Assembly (NCBI RefSeq): GCF_009914755.1
Contig: NC_060937.1
DNA from: the human T2T-CHM13v2.0 reference genome, Homo sapiens
Strand: one strand, 5' to 3'
DNA length: 64,000 nt
The notes beneath the pieces are model-generated. The model worked only from the letters and a program-made list of their open reading frames with translations. It was not told where the DNA came from and did no database searches. The number at the start of each line of letters is the position of its first letter. Position 1 is the first letter of the stretch. The translations under genes were made by a program, and so were the position numbers. Positions 53,799 to 64,000 of the stretch are shown here, piece after piece.

Positions 53799-54376
53799 TA
53801 GTCACTTTTCTTAATGTTTTTAAGCATTAAGATACGCTTTCTTCACAAACAGTTCAATGAATGAGAAATATCCTTGATTACTGATATTGCTTTTTCATAT
53901 TTATCAGCCAAACCACTTCTGTACCAGAAAATGTGAAATAAGAAATCATGCTGAAGACATCAGCAAATATAAAAAGAATATTTTATTATGTTCTGGCCAC
54001 TGTTAAATTTGAAGCTCCTTGAGACCAAGACTCTCGTTTTGTGTTTTTAAAAGTTCTGTGTGGTCTGTGACATTTCTGACCCTGCTCTATCCTTTTGAAT
54101 GATCAGAAAGGCTTTCTTCAAATTTGCTTGGCCCCTCGACAATTCTTGTTTTGCTTTTCTGGAGATCGTTTTGATGCTTTTGGTTTCTCTTACATACCAA
54201 GGGGCTGTGTCTGTAGATATGATTTCCCTTTTGTAATTATATTTATGGTATATTGCCTAGAACTACATTTATTGATCAGACACATTCGCTAGAACCTAAC
54301 TGGAAGAAATATCCTGAAAAAATGTTCTAAAGCCCATCAAGTATTTGCAATTTATTTTGCTTTCCTTTTTTTGTAG

Positions 54377-54454
54377 CATGTTCTGTACTATTCAAGACAG
54401 TGCTTAATGGTGTCCCGTAATCTTGGTTCAGTGGGATATGATCCTAATGAAAAA
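54377..54454 (+). CDS. PCCA: PCCA coding exon 2 (78 nt, phase 0/0)
   Basis: Polypyrimidine tract and TAG acceptor end at 54376. Translates HVLYYSRQCLMVSRNLGSVGYDPNEK in frame with exon 1. Donor AAA|GTAAGT. Confidence 0.96.
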
Positions 54455-54727
54455 GTAAGTATTTAAAAGATATTCTCAACAACTAAATTAAACTTATCAT
54501 GGTTTTACTTTCTCGTCTCCACACTGTGTTCAGTGGACAGATGAGATTTTGTTAAGGCTGTGTGGTCATTGATCACTCTAGCATTGTGTGTTTCTATAGG
54601 TGCTCAGTCTTTAGGTATTCTGTTTTTCATTGTGGGCCACAGTCTGAATCTTTTTAATTTTGTATTTATATCTTTAGCAAAAATTGAATGCATTTACAAT
54701 GTGTTTCCTTTGTTTCCAGCAGAATAA

Positions 54728-62950
<8,223 letters not shown>

Positions 62951-63329
62951 TGACCAAAGTCTTTTAGTGTCTGAAATATCATTTGAAGATTTTCTTTTGG
63001 CTACAGAATATGTAGATACCCCCATTGTGAATACATTAACCTACTATGCTTTAACAAAGTAATTATAGAACCCGATCATATCAGATGAATTTTGTAGTTC
63101 CCTGGTTGTAAACGGTTATACTATTTAATAACCTATTTTAATATTACCCTAAGTATTTATAGTACATTTAATATTACTGTAAGTAATATAGTATTTAATG
63201 TTACTCTAGGAAGTAATGTTTATTAGGGTTATATTCAGTGTTGATGTTGGAAAAACTTGGTGTTTTTTGGTCTTAAACCATCGGTTTAAAAGTAACAATT
63301 TCTAATGAATGTGTTTTTTCTCTCTTCAG

Positions 63330-63377
63330 ACTTTTGATAAAATTCTTGTTGCTAATAGAGGAGAAATTGCATGTCGG
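63330..63377 (+). CDS. PCCA: PCCA coding exon 3 (48 nt; start of biotin carboxylase domain)
   Basis: Acceptor ttttttctctcttcAG. Translates TFDKILVANRGEIACR, the conserved biotin-carboxylase ANRGEIA motif. Donor CGG|GTGAGT. Confidence 0.97.
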
Positions 63378-63481
63378 GTGAGTAGAATTTTCGTCTTATT
63401 TTCCATTTTACTCTGAAATTATTTATTAAACCCCTTTAAGTGTGAATCACTATTAATAGACATTAATATATTTTAAAATAG

Positions 63482-63550
63482 GTTATTAGAACTTGCAAGA
63501 AGATGGGCATTAAGACAGTTGCCATCCACAGTGATGTTGATGCTAGTTCT
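63482..63550 (+). CDS. PCCA: PCCA coding exon 4 (69 nt); gene continues beyond the window
   Basis: TAG acceptor ends at 63481. Translates [23 protein letters not shown] (overlaps ORF 63503..). Donor TCT|GTAAGT. Confidence 0.96.
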
Positions 63551-64000
63551 GTAAGTATATTTTTGCTTTGTTTAAATCAGGACTTAATTTTGGGTCAAGC
63601 AGAAAAAGTGAGACATACAGGCTTTTTTTCTTGGCCTGCACAAGATACATTCAAGTTTAAAAACTGTTTACTTGTTCACTGTTGTGTTAAGCAAAACGAC
63701 AGTATCACAGTATCTTCTATATGTGCCGTAAGTATTTTCTTTTCATAGCTTTAAAAACTTAGACAGAAAAATTGCCAGGCTGATTGCTGGTCACCAAGTA
63801 GATTTAAGCAAAGCATGAGAAAATTTGAGTCAAAGATTAATGAAATGTTTACACAGTGCTCCCTTATGAGAGCACTTTCCCCCAGCATAGCTTCAGTATC
63901 ACTAAGGGAATGCTACAATTGTTTAACCTTTCCTAAATGCTTCAACGTGTTCAGCTGAAAGTTTGACAAAAATGAAAGGTAGGCTAATGCTAATTGGATA

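Overview
Primate (very probably human chr13q32.3) genomic DNA covering about 40 kb upstream of PCCA (propionyl-CoA carboxylase alpha) and its first four coding exons on the + strand, with a CpG-island promoter at about 40.2-41.0 kb. The rest is repeat-dominated: several dozen Alus, L1/L2 fragments, DNA-transposon fossils and LTRs. It also holds a defective HERV9 (LTR12) provirus nested in an older LTR that itself splits an Alu, and an ASNS processed pseudogene fused directly to a 5'-truncated L1PB. A 2.56-kb almost pure-purine (GGGA/GGAA)n tract has grown out of an Alu tail. Nearly all ORFs in the supplied track are Alu, L1, LTR or low-complexity artefacts. I see no convincing new gene system. 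The best leads are the giant purine tract, the ASNS-L1 fusion, a chain of snap-back hairpins in HERV9 pol, and an LTR12 promoter facing PCCA whose 3' LTR terminator is deleted. Gene and repeat family names come from my recall of the sequences, not from database searches.
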